Of a DNA stretch of 64,000 nt, positions 1-10,338 are shown in pieces. This DNA is from a virus. A model generated the notes under the pieces. It was not told the DNA's origin. It saw only the letters and a program-made list of their open reading frames with translations, and did not search any database. Each line of letters opens with the position of its first letter. Position 1 is the first letter of the stretch. The position numbers and the translations under genes were made by a program. The stretch lies in the UHGV virus genome UHGV-0147904; one strand, given 5' to 3'.

Positions 1-375
1 AACGTTTTCTTTTCGGATCCGCCGCATAACCAGTGAAACAGCATTGCTGTCACTTGGTCGTGGCAGCCCGGACCGACGATGAAGCATGTTTAGCTGGCCC
101 AAATGTTGCTGGATAGTTTTTACTGCCAGACCGCGCGCCTGAAGATATAGAAGATAATCGCGAACATCTTCAGGTTCTGCGGGAAACCATTTCCGGTTAT
201 TCAACTTGCACCATGCCGCCCACGACCGGCAAACGGACAGAAGCATTTTCCAGGTATGCTCAGAAAACGCCTGGCGATCCCTGAACATGTCCATCAGGTT
301 CTTGCGAACCTCATCACTCGTTGCATCGACCGGTAATGCAGGCAAATTTTGGTGTACGGTCAGTAAATTGGACAT
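1..375 (-). CDS. cre: Cre site-specific recombinase, N-terminal part (gene runs off the window start)
   Basis: Reverse complement encodes MSNLLTVHQNLPALPVDATSDEVRKNLMDMFRDRQAFSEHTWKMLLSVCRSWAAWCKLNNRKWFPAEPEDVRDYLLYLQARGLAVKTIQQHLGQLNMLHRRSGLPRPSDSNAVSLVMRRIRKENV, the recognisable Cre N-terminus; ATG at 373-375; loxP ~420 bp upstream. Confidence 0.95.
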   Translation of the reverse strand, partial: MSNLLTVHQNLPALPVDATSDEVRKNLMDMFRDRQAFSEHTWKMLLSVCRSWAAWCKLNNRKWFPAEPEDVRDYLLYLQARGLAVKTIQQHLGQLNMLHRRSGLPRPSDSNAVSLVMRRIRKENV

Positions 376-382
376 TTAACAC

Positions 383-604
383 TCAGATAATAGTTTTAAG
401 TAAAGTGTACAGGATTGGCTCTGCCTTTACCTGTTTATGGTTCTCGTCATAGAAACGCCAGCGACCGCGCGTGCGTTCTATTTTCTCTTCACCGCGCGAT
501 AATGACAGTTGGCAACTATCACGATCAAACCCTTTTGCCCGCCAGTAACCACGGTTTTTCTCAAGCTCAAGATGAGTGGACACTTTAGCAGCTGAATATC
601 CCAT
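383..604 (-). CDS. hypothetical small protein (73 aa) between loxP and cre
   Basis: Six-frame ORF with GAGGTG Shine-Dalgarno 5 nt before ATG; no recognisable family; may instead be non-coding cre promoter space. Confidence 0.3.
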   Translation of the reverse strand: MGYSAAKVSTHLELEKNRGYWRAKGFDRDSCQLSLSRGEEKIERTRGRWRFYDENHKQVKAEPILYTLLKTII

Positions 605-699
605 TTTTCACCTCTGATTGATTGGTGGTGCTAAGTGCGCTACGCGAAATCTGGAGCACTAACACTGCCAACATTTCGCAGATTTTACGTAGCGCAACC

Positions 700-776
700 T
701 TGATCAAATGATCAAGTGATCACTATTTAACCTGATAAGGTATTGAACTGTATGGATTTACAGGTAAATTGATCAT
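700..776. promoter_or_regulatory. cluster of GATC (Dam) sites in the cre upstream region
   Basis: tgatcaaatgatcaagtgatcac plus ttgatcatg: four GATC within ~75 bp. Confidence 0.5.
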
Positions 777-793
777 GTTCAATAACCCTTAAG

Positions 794-827
794 ATAACTT
801 CGTATAATGTATGCTATACGAAGTTAT
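794..827. other. loxP: loxP recombination site
   Basis: Exact 34-bp ATAACTTCGTATA-ATGTATGC-TATACGAAGTTAT (13-bp inverted arms, 8-bp spacer). Confidence 0.98.
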
Positions 828-870
828 TAGGTCCGAAGAGGAGTTTACGTCCAGCTGCGCATAAAAATCA

Positions 871-887
871 AGAATTATTAGAGCAAT
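871..887. promoter_or_regulatory. C1 repressor operator-like site
   Basis: agaattattagagcaat, 14/17 to reverse of operator consensus ATTGCTCTAATAAATTT. Confidence 0.6.
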
Positions 888-953
888 AAATTTTGAGAGA
901 AAAATCCCACTCCACCAGCCAAAAACTGGATTGTTTTTCATAGTTGTTTGACA

Positions 954-970
954 ATTGCTCTAATAAATTA
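954..970. promoter_or_regulatory. C1 repressor operator
   Basis: ATTGCTCTAATAAATTA, 16/17 to consensus; upstream of coi-c1. Confidence 0.7.
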
Positions 971-1208
971 TAGTTTTGCCGCCGTTTCGTAATACGACTT
1001 TGGATTCACTATTTAATGTGTCTTCAGCGTTGTAGAGCGGCTCAGAAGGAAATGAGCAAACAGGGAAACCTTATACAACGGCATTACAGCTATGCATTGC
1101 TCATCTTACACACAGCGCAATGTTGTTAGATTACCCCAGCATGGATCATGGGTGAAACAGTAGGTCAGAGCTTCAGGCTCTGTGTTGTCAATACAGTGAG
1201 GCATAATT

Positions 1209-1418
1209 ATGGCTTTCATTCCACCAACCATCGACGACGTTAGACATTGCTCTAACGCTTTATCTGTAGACCCCGCCGAAACCGACGCTGCCCGCGCCAT
1301 TGCTGAACACTACTCAAAGATATCCAATCAGGAGTACCGCATCACCCAAGACGACCTGGATGATCTCACTGACACAATCGAATATCTCATGGCCACTAAC
1401 CAGCCAGACTCACAATAA
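1209..1418 (+). CDS. coi: Coi, C1 inactivator (69 aa)
   Basis: 69-aa ORF MAFIPPTIDDVRHCSNALSVDPAETDAARAIAEHYSK immediately upstream of c1, as in P1 ImmC. Confidence 0.85.
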   Translation: MAFIPPTIDDVRHCSNALSVDPAETDAARAIAEHYSKISNQEYRITQDDLDDLTDTIEYLMATNQPDSQ

Positions 1419-1427
1419 ATGCACTAA

Positions 1428-1444
1428 TAAATCTATTATTTTCG
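1428..1444. promoter_or_regulatory. weak C1 operator-like site between coi and c1
   Basis: aatgcactaataaatct, 13/17 to consensus. Confidence 0.35.
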
Positions 1445-1528
1445 TTGGATCCTTCTATAATGGTGGCCAACAACTCCCAGTGTAATCCGCTGTGAGTTGT
1501 TGGCCATGTCAATTCTGGAGGAGGATCA

Positions 1529-2380
1529 ATGATAAATTATGTCTACGGCGAACAACTGTACCAGGAGTTCGTCAGCTTCAGGGATCTCTTTCTAAAAAAA
1601 GCTGTTGCACGCGCCCAACACGTTGATGCCGCCAGCGACGGTCGTCCTGTACGCCCGGTTGTCGTTCTGCCGTTCAAAGAAACTGACAGCATTCAGGCTG
1701 AAATTGATAAATGGACTTTAATGGCGCGGGAACTGGAACAGTACCCAGACCTCAATATCCCAAAGACTATTTTATATCCAGTGCCTAACATCCTTCGCGG
1801 TGTGCGTAAGGTTACGACTTATCAGACAGAAGCTGTGAACAGCGTCAACATGACCGCTGGCCGCATTATTCATCTGATTGATAAGGACATTCGCATCCAG
1901 AAAAGCGCAGGGATCAATGAGCACAGTGCGAAATACATAGAGAACCTGGAAGCAACAAAAGAGCTAATGAAGCAGTACCCGGAGGATGAAAAATTCCGTA
2001 TGCGCGTACACGGCTTTAGCGAAACAATGCTGCGCGTCCATTACATTTCTAGTAGCCCTAACTACAATGATGGTAAATCAGTTAGTTACCATGTGCCGCT
2101 ATGTGGTGTGTTTATCTGCGATGAAACTCTCCGTGATGGAATTATCATCAACGGTGAATTCGAGAAAGCAAAATTTAGCCTTTATGACTCTATAGAACCG
2201 ATCATCTGCGACCGCTGGCCGCAGGCAAAAATATATCGCCTGGCAGATATTGAAAATGTAAAAAAACAAATTGCCATCACTCGCGAAGAGAAAAAGGTCA
2301 AATCAGCCGCATCAGTTACGCGCAGCCGTAAAACTAAGAAAGGGCAGCCAGTAAACGACAACCCCGAAAGCGCGCAATAG
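1529..2380 (+). CDS. c1: C1 primary repressor of lysogeny (283 aa)
   Basis: 283-aa ORF starting MINYVYGEQLYQEFVSFRDLFLKKAVARAQ with GGAGGA RBS; size and sequence as recalled for P1 C1; consensus operators scattered through the window. Confidence 0.9.
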   Translation: MINYVYGEQLYQEFVSFRDLFLKKAVARAQHVDAASDGRPVRPVVVLPFKETDSIQAEIDKWTLMARELEQYPDLNIPKTILYPVPNILRGVRKVTTYQTEAVNSVNMTAGRIIHLIDKDIRIQKSAGINEHSAKYIENLEATKELMKQYPEDEKFRMRVHGFSETMLRVHYISSSPNYNDGKSVSYHVPLCGVFICDETLRDGIIINGEFEKAKFSLYDSIEPIICDRWPQAKIYRLADIENVKKQIAITREEKKVKSAASVTRSRKTKKGQPVNDNPESAQ

Positions 2381-2404
2381 TTTCCATCCGGCATGGTCAA
2401 TGAG

Positions 2405-3889
2405 TTATTCATTAAGCCATGCCAGAGCTTCATCAACCTGCGCTTCGTCTTCGACGCTAAGCACTTCATCCTGGGGAACATAATCCGCCAGCATAGCGAA
2501 ACAATATGTATCCCAATGGTCTGGTGAGTGCAGGTTGAGTTTTTTCTTCATATCCTCCTTACTCATCACCTTCCATTGACCTGCGGAGTTAATCCCTACA
2601 GGGATTTTCGACGCTTCCTCAATAGTTTCATTACCCTTATCCAGTCTCATACGACCAGATTTTACGGCCTCTGCGGCTTGAACGTTGGCATAAGCACGTT
2701 TATCAAAGTACAGGCTCTTATCTTCACGGCTATGCATCTTTTTACCCCAGCGTATACGCTGTACGGTAATACCATAATACTCGTACATCAGATCTGCCGT
2801 TGCTTTACCCAGCCCATCGCCGTCTATCGCTATGGTGATATTTGGGAATCGCTCAGGATTACATTCTGCGAAAATTTTGGCGGCAAGCTGCGTTTCTGTA
2901 ACGTCTGTGTATTCCAGCATTCGATAGTTGATTACACGGCGTTTATTTCTCTGGCCGGACACCATCATGATATTGATAACGGACTTATCCCGTCCCGTAC
3001 CACCAGCAACGTCCACACATGCAAGCCAGCCCCATCCTTTGGCAATCTTGACTTTCCGCCGCGTCGCACGTTCAACCTCATCACGTCCAAGAAGGAAGCC
3101 ATCCTGTGATTTAGGGAATAGTCCGCGTACCTTAATCATGTACATAGGGTTATCACGCCCGCCGTACTCCGCCAGCTTCATTTTGATAAATGCTGGCGTT
3201 ACCAGCGGTGATTCCTCACTGTTAAGCGTGATCGCCGTATAAACGCCATCAGGGTTACCAGGACGCTTGGCCAGTTTATGGTGAGTATCGTAGAAATAGC
3301 CGCTTGGGCGTGTAGGCTGTGACAGTAATAAGATGCGGTTATCCTGTCCGGTAAGAGCACCGGTGATGATACCGAAAGCTCTATCACTGACACCGGAGGC
3401 TTCATCGATAATATACAGAAGATGATCTGCGTGTTCACCGGCGAGAGCTTCTTCACTTCCCAGACGAAAGCCCTTCGGTACTACAGTCCATACACCTTTA
3501 CCAGTAACCTCATAGAAAGCGGTTTCTGTCAGAACAAAATAATCAGCAAGCCATGGAAAACGGCTGGTGGCAGTAGCCCAGTTTATCTTGATGTACTTGA
3601 ATATACCGGTCATTACCTGCTGAATTTTGTTCGCAACGATAATGGCGCGGGCACCGGGATACATGATTATGAACAACATGATCATGATAGAAGTCATGTC
3701 TGATTTCCCGGTACCGTGACCAGACGAAACAGATGTCTTGCTACCCTGTTCCTGCACAGACTCAATAATCAGATCCTGCTGCCAGGTAGGTGTTTTGCCG
3801 AACAAAACATCAGCGGCAGCAATCCAGTCATAACGATATAGCGCCACCAGCTCGCGCCAACGTGGATCCGTTACGCAACTTCTGGCCAT
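2405..3889 (-). CDS. pacB: PacB, terminase large subunit (494 aa)
   Basis: 494-aa ORF directly downstream of pacA on the minus strand; size and position as in P1. Confidence 0.85.
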   Translation of the reverse strand: MARSCVTDPRWRELVALYRYDWIAAADVLFGKTPTWQQDLIIESVQEQGSKTSVSSGHGTGKSDMTSIMIMLFIIMYPGARAIIVANKIQQVMTGIFKYIKINWATATSRFPWLADYFVLTETAFYEVTGKGVWTVVPKGFRLGSEEALAGEHADHLLYIIDEASGVSDRAFGIITGALTGQDNRILLLSQPTRPSGYFYDTHHKLAKRPGNPDGVYTAITLNSEESPLVTPAFIKMKLAEYGGRDNPMYMIKVRGLFPKSQDGFLLGRDEVERATRRKVKIAKGWGWLACVDVAGGTGRDKSVINIMMVSGQRNKRRVINYRMLEYTDVTETQLAAKIFAECNPERFPNITIAIDGDGLGKATADLMYEYYGITVQRIRWGKKMHSREDKSLYFDKRAYANVQAAEAVKSGRMRLDKGNETIEEASKIPVGINSAGQWKVMSKEDMKKKLNLHSPDHWDTYCFAMLADYVPQDEVLSVEDEAQVDEALAWLNE

Positions 3890-5082
3890 TAATCATCATC
3901 CCCGTATAGCTTGCGGGTAACTTCTTCGTCTTCCTCCTCGTCTTCGTCCAGGTCTTGTTCCAGCCATGGGTCGTTTGATACACCTTCAGTATCAACATCT
4001 CCATAACCGCCTGTATCAACGATATCGGCGATTTCTTCCCTACGCTGCTCAATCCACAATGCGGCATCGGCGCGGCGGTTGGCGGCCCGTTCTCGCGCAA
4101 CTTTGTCCAGATCTTCAAGAGAAGGGCCACCGACGGCTGTTTGCCTTTCCTCATCATCGGTATTGGTCTTAGGAGCACGCAGATCGGCTTTGATTTGCTC
4201 CAGCATCAGGGGCGGCACTTTTCCGCCATGCGCCTCGATGAATTCAGCTGCTTCCAGCACTGACCAGTTATTTTCACGCTTTCGTTCGTATGCCAGCTTA
4301 ACAATGCCAGCTTGCCCCATAGATAAAGCGTGCTTTTCCGCCTCCCGGCTTTCTTTTCGATAGTTATTCCGGATGCTGTAAATGGTGTTGATCAGGCTGC
4401 TTATCTGCGCGGAACAGCTGTTTAGCATGCTCGCGATACGATATTCAGGCGGAGTCCCTTCATCATCGTCTTTTTGCTGATCGCGCATTTCCTGCACCAG
4501 ACGAATACACGTATCCCTGGCGTTCTCCAGCATAAGGAGATGAGAAAGAGACTTTTCCAGAAGAGTGGTTTCCAGAACATCGGCCCCGGACCGACGCAAC
4601 ATAGCGCGCGCGGCCTTCCGCGCTTCAACGTTATCTATCAGGTAATCGCCAGCTTCGAATTCAAAGCGTTCACCATCATCATCCAGGGTGTCGCGTTCCA
4701 GGCGATCACGTAAGGTCCGGTGGGCGCGGGTGATCACGTCATGATCATCAGAACGATCATTTATGCGCTTATTTTGGCGCTTCGCATTCTCGACTGCGGC
4801 ACTGACAACGGCATTAACCCTTTGTTTTTCTGCTATTTCAGCCGCAATGTGATCACCTGCATGTTGATCATTAGAGTGATCAATGATCATGCTTTTTAGT
4901 GGCTTCCTGACTGGCTTATTTGGCTTGCGGCTGTCCGCTGTCCTGGTGTCTTCTTTGAAGGCACGGAGATAACGACGTGCAGTATTAGGGTTAAGATTAA
5001 ACTCGGCGGCATACTGTGCGATGGTGTAACCACCATCTCGCGCCAGGCGAGCAAAATTCTTCTTGTGATCGTCCCAGGTCAC
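3889..5082 (-). CDS. pacA: PacA, terminase small subunit / pac recognition (397 aa)
   Basis: 397-aa ORF (GTG start, AAGGAAG RBS) whose 5' region contains the GATC-hexamer pac site. Confidence 0.85.
   Translation of the reverse strand: MTWDDHKKNFARLARDGGYTIAQYAAEFNLNPNTARRYLRAFKEDTRTADSRKPNKPVRKPLKSMIIDHSNDQHAGDHIAAEIAEKQRVNAVVSAAVENAKRQNKRINDRSDDHDVITRAHRTLRDRLERDTLDDDGERFEFEAGDYLIDNVEARKAARAMLRRSGADVLETTLLEKSLSHLLMLENARDTCIRLVQEMRDQQKDDDEGTPPEYRIASMLNSCSAQISSLINTIYSIRNNYRKESREAEKHALSMGQAGIVKLAYERKRENNWSVLEAAEFIEAHGGKVPPLMLEQIKADLRAPKTNTDDEERQTAVGGPSLEDLDKVARERAANRRADAALWIEQRREEIADIVDTGGYGDVDTEGVSNDPWLEQDLDEDEEEDEEVTRKLYGDDD
4700..4890. other. pac: pac packaging site (two clusters of TGATCA/G hexamers)
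   Basis: GATC-containing hexamers at about 4703, 4731, 4742, 4754 and 4850, 4865, 4877, 4884 flanking a ~90-bp core, inside pacA. Confidence 0.75.
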
Positions 5083-5117
5083 TTATGCTTCCTTTCGTAA
5101 AAACTCTTTTTGACGCG

Positions 5118-5137
5118 AGGGTAACGAAAGTCACATG
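5118..5137 (-). promoter_or_regulatory. late-promoter-like motif upstream of pacA
   Basis: Minus strand catgTGACTttcgtTACCCT matches the CAARTGACT-N5-TAnnnT motif found upstream of four structural operons in this window. Confidence 0.4.
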
Positions 5138-5167
5138 TCAAAAGGCCCGGAACGGGCAAGCAATCAA

Positions 5168-5620
5168 TCAGATACGTGCGGATGTGGCATTACCGTAATG
5201 ACGGTGCTGACGGGCCACCTTATTGAAAAGTTGACGCGCCATTACCCAAGGCTGGTGCTCCCGGCGTTCCTTTTCGTCCTGCGTCATATAGAGTTCGTTC
5301 TGGAGTTTTTCATCAAACCGGCGCGGAGCGCGGCTACGGCGAAAGAATTCAGGATTCAGAGAGTGGATCTGAAATCTACGTGGGCGTGTACTGTCATCAA
5401 TCAAAACAGACGAATACTTAGACACAGCGATAGCCTTTAAGCGCAGATAAACATCGCGCTTATCGACATCCAGATGCGGGTATTCCTTTTCAAGAATTGC
5501 TGCGAGTTCTTTCGCTGATAGAAGAGATTTAGTGCGGATCATGTAATCCGCAATCTCGTACGATGTTATTCGTGAGTGATTTATTTCCATGAAGTGGCGT
5601 CCCTGCCAGTTAAGTAACAT
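5168..5620 (-). CDS. lpa: Lpa, late promoter activator (150 aa)
   Basis: 150-aa ORF upstream of pacA with a C1 operator upstream; position and size as in P1. Confidence 0.65.
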   Translation of the reverse strand: MLLNWQGRHFMEINHSRITSYEIADYMIRTKSLLSAKELAAILEKEYPHLDVDKRDVYLRLKAIAVSKYSSVLIDDSTRPRRFQIHSLNPEFFRRSRAPRRFDEKLQNELYMTQDEKERREHQPWVMARQLFNKVARQHRHYGNATSARI

Positions 5621-5690
5621 CCTGTCACCTACTGATTAGCCCATGTCAACTAATCAACGTGGAATATAATACCCTCGATTAAAGAAATAG

Positions 5691-5707
5691 CAATACATTA
5701 GAGCAAT
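5691..5707. promoter_or_regulatory. C1 operator upstream of lpa
   Basis: caatacattagagcaat, 14/17 to operator consensus. Confidence 0.55.
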
Positions 5708-5708
5708 T

Positions 5709-6752
5709 TTATCTAACGCTCGACGAGTGACTTGTGATAGCGCCGACTCCAAGCGCGTAATCAAAGAACAATCGTTGATGCATCGCCAGCCTACCGTGCG
5801 TCTTCTCCCAATTATCGCGGTCACGCTCAATATCACGCTGGCATGACTGGCACAGAGGAATAGCATAAATGTCATGCGCGCATAATCGACTATGACGAAC
5901 GATATAAGGCGTAATGTGAGCGCCAGCTCCCGCAGCTCCACAGCCACAGCATGGACGGGAAGCCACAAAGTCCATGTACTCGGGCAATTTTAGCGATTGA
6001 AGTTTTGGTATTTTGAAATGCGCCATACCTGGGTCGGAGTCAACATCCACAGGGCATACTTTTGCACGCATCGGCGCGGCGCGTTCTTCCATCATCTGAA
6101 CATATGCTGTAGCGCGATCGTCATACGGGCGAATATCCGCCTCTTTCAGAGGTCCGCTATCCTGCGGAGTAGCCTTCATCTTATTTATTGATATGCGGCA
6201 GACTTCTTCCGGCATCAGGTGCATCATGTTGCGCATGAAAGCCCACCAGCACAGCTCCTGAATACTTAAATCATGGCTATTTGAAAGGCCCATTTCCTGA
6301 CGGGCGACATCCAGTATCCAGTTAACGCGATTATTGTGCAGCGTTTCTTTCAGCTCATTAAAACCACGCATCCGGTAATGGTTATCGTGATGCCAGCACA
6401 ACAACACCGCGCTATTGTCTCGTTCAGCGTGGACAATATGGTTGTCACACCAACTACGATCTGCGGCCTGGCATTGACCCTCTTTCCTACGCAACCACGC
6501 CACCAGCGCGTCAATTCCACCAATACGGCGAAACAGTTCATCGCTGTTAAAAAACGGCTGCAACGCCTCATTTGTTGCCATGGTTTGCTCGGTAACAACG
6601 AGGCCGTCTTCCATGTGCTCGATTAACTCACGCGGCACCGGCTCCATGATAAATTTACGGCCAGCCTCCACCAGTTTTCTGACCTCCTGATCCACTTTGA
6701 ACGTGGCGAGGCCAAGCTCTTTCTGTACAAAGGGAGTAATTACGGCTTTCAC
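5709..6752 (-). CDS. hypothetical protein (347 aa) with Cys/His-rich C-terminus (PdcB-like position)
   Basis: Complete ORF downstream of doc on the same strand; C-terminal CCGCG...H...C..H...C..C cluster suggests a metal-binding or HNH-like fold. Confidence 0.5.
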   Translation of the reverse strand: MKAVITPFVQKELGLATFKVDQEVRKLVEAGRKFIMEPVPRELIEHMEDGLVVTEQTMATNEALQPFFNSDELFRRIGGIDALVAWLRRKEGQCQAADRSWCDNHIVHAERDNSAVLLCWHHDNHYRMRGFNELKETLHNNRVNWILDVARQEMGLSNSHDLSIQELCWWAFMRNMMHLMPEEVCRISINKMKATPQDSGPLKEADIRPYDDRATAYVQMMEERAAPMRAKVCPVDVDSDPGMAHFKIPKLQSLKLPEYMDFVASRPCCGCGAAGAGAHITPYIVRHSRLCAHDIYAIPLCQSCQRDIERDRDNWEKTHGRLAMHQRLFFDYALGVGAITSHSSSVR

Positions 6753-6779
6753 ATCACACCTTTAATCACTGATTGGGCT

Positions 6780-6980
6780 TTATCTGCTGCCCGGCATTCT
6801 CTGTTTAAGCACAACCATTTCCTGACGGCATAACACAGCAATAGCGGTCCTGACTCCAATTTGCTTACCAAGCAGGTATTGCTTTACCTTGCGGCGACTC
6901 ACGCCATCAAGAAGCATCTTTAACGCTTCAAGGGACAATTTGTTGTATTTGCGTGCCATTAATCTACTCCGCAGAACCAT
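6780..6980 (-). CDS. small basic protein (66 aa)
   Basis: ORF immediately downstream of doc with a 17-nt overlap. Confidence 0.35.
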   Translation of the reverse strand: MVLRSRLMARKYNKLSLEALKMLLDGVSRRKVKQYLLGKQIGVRTAIAVLCRQEMVVLKQRMPGSR

Positions 6981-7344
6981 ACAATCTACGTAACGTGTCG
7001 GCGACAGAAGATACAGATATCTCGCCAGTCGCAGCGCCTACAGTAAGGTCTGCCAGTTCAGGTGAATCAAATACCTGCACCCCGTTACGGCGTAGAAATA
7101 GCAGCGCACTGTTTAGCGCGGTACGCTTATTGGCATCATTGAATATATGCCCTCTCGCTGTAGCCACCAGGTAGGTGGCGGAGACTTCGAAAAGGTCGGT
7201 GATCTCTTCGTAGGCAACTCTGGCCTGAACTCTCCCGATAATGGCCTCTGCCCTACCCGGATCTGACATGCCAGGCAGGCCGCCGTAGCGGCTTATATTC
7301 GCATCATGAAGCGCAACAAGTTCTTCCGGTGATATATGTCTCAT
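6964..7344 (-). CDS. doc: Doc toxin (Fic-fold kinase, 126 aa)
   Basis: 126-aa ORF with Fic motif [12 protein letters not shown]; overlaps phd stop. Confidence 0.95.
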   Translation of the reverse strand: MRHISPEELVALHDANISRYGGLPGMSDPGRAEAIIGRVQARVAYEEITDLFEVSATYLVATARGHIFNDANKRTALNSALLFLRRNGVQVFDSPELADLTVGAATGEISVSSVADTLRRLYGSAE

Positions 7345-7565
7345 TATCGGTTAACCAGTTCCTTGTTGGTGGAGTCCAGGGTGTCAAACAGGGATGCAAA
7401 TTCAGCATCCAGCGCCGCTTTTTTGTAGGCTTCGAAAGTAGCCTTGCTGACAATTACTGCTGGCTCACGGCCTCTGCGGGTGATTTCAACCTCTTCCCCG
7501 GCTTCAACATTGTTGAGCACTTCAGAAAGGTTGCCACGCGCGGTACGGAAGTTAATGGATTGCAT
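7344..7565 (-). CDS. phd: Phd antitoxin (73 aa from second Met)
   Basis: [49 protein letters not shown]...; precedes doc; track ORF extends to 7571. Confidence 0.9.
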   Translation of the reverse strand: MQSINFRTARGNLSEVLNNVEAGEEVEITRRGREPAVIVSKATFEAYKKAALDAEFASLFDTLDSTNKELVNR

Positions 7566-7572
7566 AAACACC

Positions 7573-7600
7573 TCGTGTACTCGTTATGTGTACACAATTA
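7573..7600. promoter_or_regulatory. phd-doc promoter/operator with GTGTAC palindromes
   Basis: cgtgtactcgttatgtgtacacaatta just upstream of phd. Confidence 0.5.
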
Positions 7601-7637
7601 TAAACTTCACAGGCATAAAGCACCAGCACTTTGCAGC

Positions 7638-8027
7638 TTAAATAACCGGACAATCATCAAATTCCCCACTTCGGGCATCATTGATGACATGAGTGATCAC
7701 ACCAAAAACAGCATTACTGCCCGTGTATCCATCGTCATCTACTGGTAACGCCTCTTTCTTCCCGGTGCTTAAGTCCTCCAGGTGCTGGCGCGGATACTTC
7801 CTGTATCTCTTTATGCGATATTCACCCTCCATAGCGCACACAAGCAGAGAACCATCAACCGGAGTAAGCGAGGAATCAACCACCAGCAAAGCACCCTGCA
7901 ATATTCCCTCACGGTGATGGCTATCAGCTGCCCGCATGAAGTAGGTCGCTGAAGGATGTCTAATTATCTGCTGATCAAGAGAAATTCGGCTTTCAACATA
8001 ATCCGCCGCAGGAGAAGGGAAGCCCAT
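7638..8027 (-). CDS. humD: HumD, UmuD' homologue (129 aa)
   Basis: 129-aa ORF with UmuD-like peptidase S24 fold; LexA box upstream. Confidence 0.85.
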   Translation of the reverse strand: MGFPSPAADYVESRISLDQQIIRHPSATYFMRAADSHHREGILQGALLVVDSSLTPVDGSLLVCAMEGEYRIKRYRKYPRQHLEDLSTGKKEALPVDDDGYTGSNAVFGVITHVINDARSGEFDDCPVI

Positions 8028-8045
8028 AGCGTTTTACCTCAATGA

Positions 8046-8065
8046 TACTGTTTATTCATACAGTA
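8046..8065. promoter_or_regulatory. LexA (SOS) box upstream of humD
   Basis: TACTGTTTATTCATACAGTA = CTG-N10-CAG palindrome 19 bp upstream of the humD start. Confidence 0.75.
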
Positions 8066-8150
8066 TACATTGAAAAGGCATAGTTTGTGAAAGCGGGGTT
8101 TGTAGGCGCGCCACGCTGGGGGCTAATCACATTTCTCCCCCATCTTGCCG

Positions 8151-8402
8151 TTATTTTTTTGGTGCATCCTCGTTCTGATACACCGGATCGCTCCCTTTTG
8201 GCAACTGGAGGCTTAACTGCCGGTAGTGCCGTAGCCGTTCCATGAAATAGGCGCGCAGGTTTTCCGGTTGCTCACGGGCCACCTGCTCTGCAATCACAGG
8301 TATATTCAGCCGTTCTTTGTAAGCAACGCCGCTGGCGGCAAGGTCTACGTTCACCTTGTCTCGCTCTTCCTGGCTTTTAGCTGCTATATTTCGATCTGAC
8401 AC
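8151..8402 (-). CDS. hot: Hot, homologue of DNA polymerase III theta subunit (83 aa)
   Basis: 83-aa [43 protein letters not shown], HolE-like. Confidence 0.8.
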   Translation of the reverse strand: MSDRNIAAKSQEERDKVNVDLAASGVAYKERLNIPVIAEQVAREQPENLRAYFMERLRHYRQLSLQLPKGSDPVYQNEDAPKK

Positions 8403-8434
8403 AAGAAACCTCCAGGAGTTAGTGGATCAGGCAC

Positions 8435-8785
8435 ATGCACAATAACGTTCTCAATGTTAGCCGTTCAATTCAGACAATCAGAGACTGCACCAGTGTGGTG
8501 GCATCAATCCCATTGCGGAACAGCATAGACGAACTGCAAATTCGTGTATTGAATCCGAATCAGGCTAATAAGCAATTGCGCTTTATTTTGACGCTGAAAA
8601 GTGAAACAGAGGGGATAAAGCACAGCGTAAAAGTGTTTTCTGAGGCCATTCTGCTTAATGGGAAGCTCCGGCATCTGGTAAGGCCAGAACGTCAATATCC
8701 TGACGTCCTGGCGCGTGAAAAAGACCTTCTTTCTGAAGTTCAGGATAGGGTGATCGATTTCGTCAAATGCTATCCCCTGCATTGA
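8435..8785 (+). CDS. hypothetical protein (116 aa), lone plus-strand ORF in a minus-strand block
   Basis: Six-frame ORF with plausible composition; weak RBS; competes with an overlapping minus ORF. Confidence 0.3.
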   Translation: MHNNVLNVSRSIQTIRDCTSVVASIPLRNSIDELQIRVLNPNQANKQLRFILTLKSETEGIKHSVKVFSEAILLNGKLRHLVRPERQYPDVLAREKDLLSEVQDRVIDFVKCYPLH

Positions 8786-9054
8786 GGGCAGGTGTTCCCT
8801 TCCGCAAAGTAGGGAAAATTGCTATCAAGTTCATCACACCATCTGCGTTGGTCGTAGCACCAAAACGCCTCCCACGGTGCACGGAAATACTTCATCCACC
8901 AGGACACTCGATCAGGTATATCTGCTGGTGGCAGTTCTTCTGGCAATAATTTGCCTGATAATTCCCTTTCCGCCCGCGACAGCATTTTTTTGAGGCTCGC
9001 GTTCTCTTTTTCAAGCTCATCTACGCGCACCTGTAATTCAGCTTTCGTTGGCAT
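8770..9054 (-). CDS. hypothetical coiled-coil protein with C-terminal CPQCRG (94 aa from internal Met)
   Basis: GAGGTGG RBS 4 nt before ATG at 9052-9054 (MPTKAELQVRVDELEKEN...); longer track ORF starts at 9135. Confidence 0.45.
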   Translation of the reverse strand: MPTKAELQVRVDELEKENASLKKMLSRAERELSGKLLPEELPPADIPDRVSWWMKYFRAPWEAFWCYDQRRWCDELDSNFPYFAEGNTCPQCRG

Positions 9055-9976
9055 GGTCCACCTCATGCTTTTCAGCCACCAGCGGCAATAAAGCCCTGGC
9101 CATCTTATGAACCAATAGTGCATCAATAATGCCAAGCGTATGCCCCGGCTTAATGTTTAATGCCGCCTCAAGGTGACACCTTTCCAGGTCACTTTTCTCG
9201 GCTTGTTTATGATGATCTGGTGTAATAACGTCGCCCAAAACACGGCTAATTCTTTCTCGTAATTGCTGGGTGCCAGCACACTTGATCGCTGTATCGTGGA
9301 GACGGTTAACCAGTTCGCGATAAACATGCGGCTTAATGCGGATACGTTCACCGGTGACGCCCTTTCCTGGCGCTGGCACCGAACTATCCGGAATATCCGG
9401 ATAGTTGCCAGCCTCGTAAGCTACCCACAGCCAGTGCATGAATGTTTCAGTGGACACACAACCACAGTCCACATCGATTTTCCCGCGTTGCTGTTCCAGC
9501 CATTGCCCAAAATCCAACCTGTAAGTCTTACTTTCAAGTTCATCACCATTGAACTCGACTTTCTGCGACGCTATGAGAGCTGATTCGTATTGTTCGCGAG
9601 TGACAACTGACTGGTATTCATCGCTATCAAGGCCACCAATTGGAAGCTCAATCTCACAACAAAAATTGCGCCCAAAGAAAGTGTCTTTTTTGTGGTCTGA
9701 GCCAAAAGCAAAAGTCGCGCATGGTGCCATTAAATTGACACTGGGTAGGTAACAATAACTCATTCCATCAGGCCACCCGCCGCACTTAGGCAGCTCCTTC
9801 ACTAACAAGTCGATAAGCTTCATTTTTTTATCATCTTTGCAAGCCGCCAAAGCCATTTGGGCAAGTGCCAATACTTCATCTGCCGTATATCCAGCACCGT
9901 GACCATACATTTCGATACGGGAAATAATCTCTGATATACGCTCTTCAGTGATTCTGGTCATTTCTTTTTGCGCCAT
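9038..9976 (-). CDS. hypothetical protein (312 aa)
   Basis: Long ORF in operon context with short overlaps to neighbours. Confidence 0.6.
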   Translation of the reverse strand: MAQKEMTRITEERISEIISRIEMYGHGAGYTADEVLALAQMALAACKDDKKMKLIDLLVKELPKCGGWPDGMSYCYLPSVNLMAPCATFAFGSDHKKDTFFGRNFCCEIELPIGGLDSDEYQSVVTREQYESALIASQKVEFNGDELESKTYRLDFGQWLEQQRGKIDVDCGCVSTETFMHWLWVAYEAGNYPDIPDSSVPAPGKGVTGERIRIKPHVYRELVNRLHDTAIKCAGTQQLRERISRVLGDVITPDHHKQAEKSDLERCHLEAALNIKPGHTLGIIDALLVHKMARALLPLVAEKHEVDHANES

Positions 9977-10332
9977 TTCTTTTCACATTCCTTAGTCCAT
10001 TTTTCAATGTTCATTTTGGCAATATCGGTCATTCCATCACCTAAGAAATACTTTCTCCGGTATGTCTTGCACTTAAACCACACTACAACAGCCACCAGCC
10101 AGAAAATAAAAGGCCATACAGCAATACCAACGACTGCCGCGATAAAGCTCAATATCCATAAATGAAGCTCTCCAACTTCTGTTTCCGGCAATATTCTTAA
10201 AGAATTAAACAGTAGGCTGAACGCATGGTCGTATGCATTGGCAGTATAAGACATGCAATCCATATAATTAAAGTCATAGCCTGCGGCTGCCGCCCATAAT
10301 GGGCGGTCAAGAAAATGTTTTAGTGTCATCAT
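9958..10332 (-). CDS. hypothetical membrane protein (124 aa)
   Basis: Two predicted TM helices (ILSFIAAVVGIAVWPFIFWLVAVVVWF), Lys-rich C-terminus. Confidence 0.5.
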   Translation of the reverse strand: MMTLKHFLDRPLWAAAAGYDFNYMDCMSYTANAYDHAFSLLFNSLRILPETEVGELHLWILSFIAAVVGIAVWPFIFWLVAVVVWFKCKTYRRKYFLGDGMTDIAKMNIEKWTKECEKKWRKKK

Positions 10333-10338
10333 ATAAAT

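Noticed and set aside
1106-1300. 64-aa minus-strand ORF
   Set aside because: Overlaps the coi start on the opposite strand; coi has the better context
2528-3703. Several antisense ORFs inside pacB (193, 104, 85, 93 aa)
   Set aside because: Embedded in a well-supported long coding region on the other strand
8504-8782. 92-aa minus-strand ORF
   Set aside because: Overlaps the more plausible plus-strand 116-aa ORF and has implausible composition
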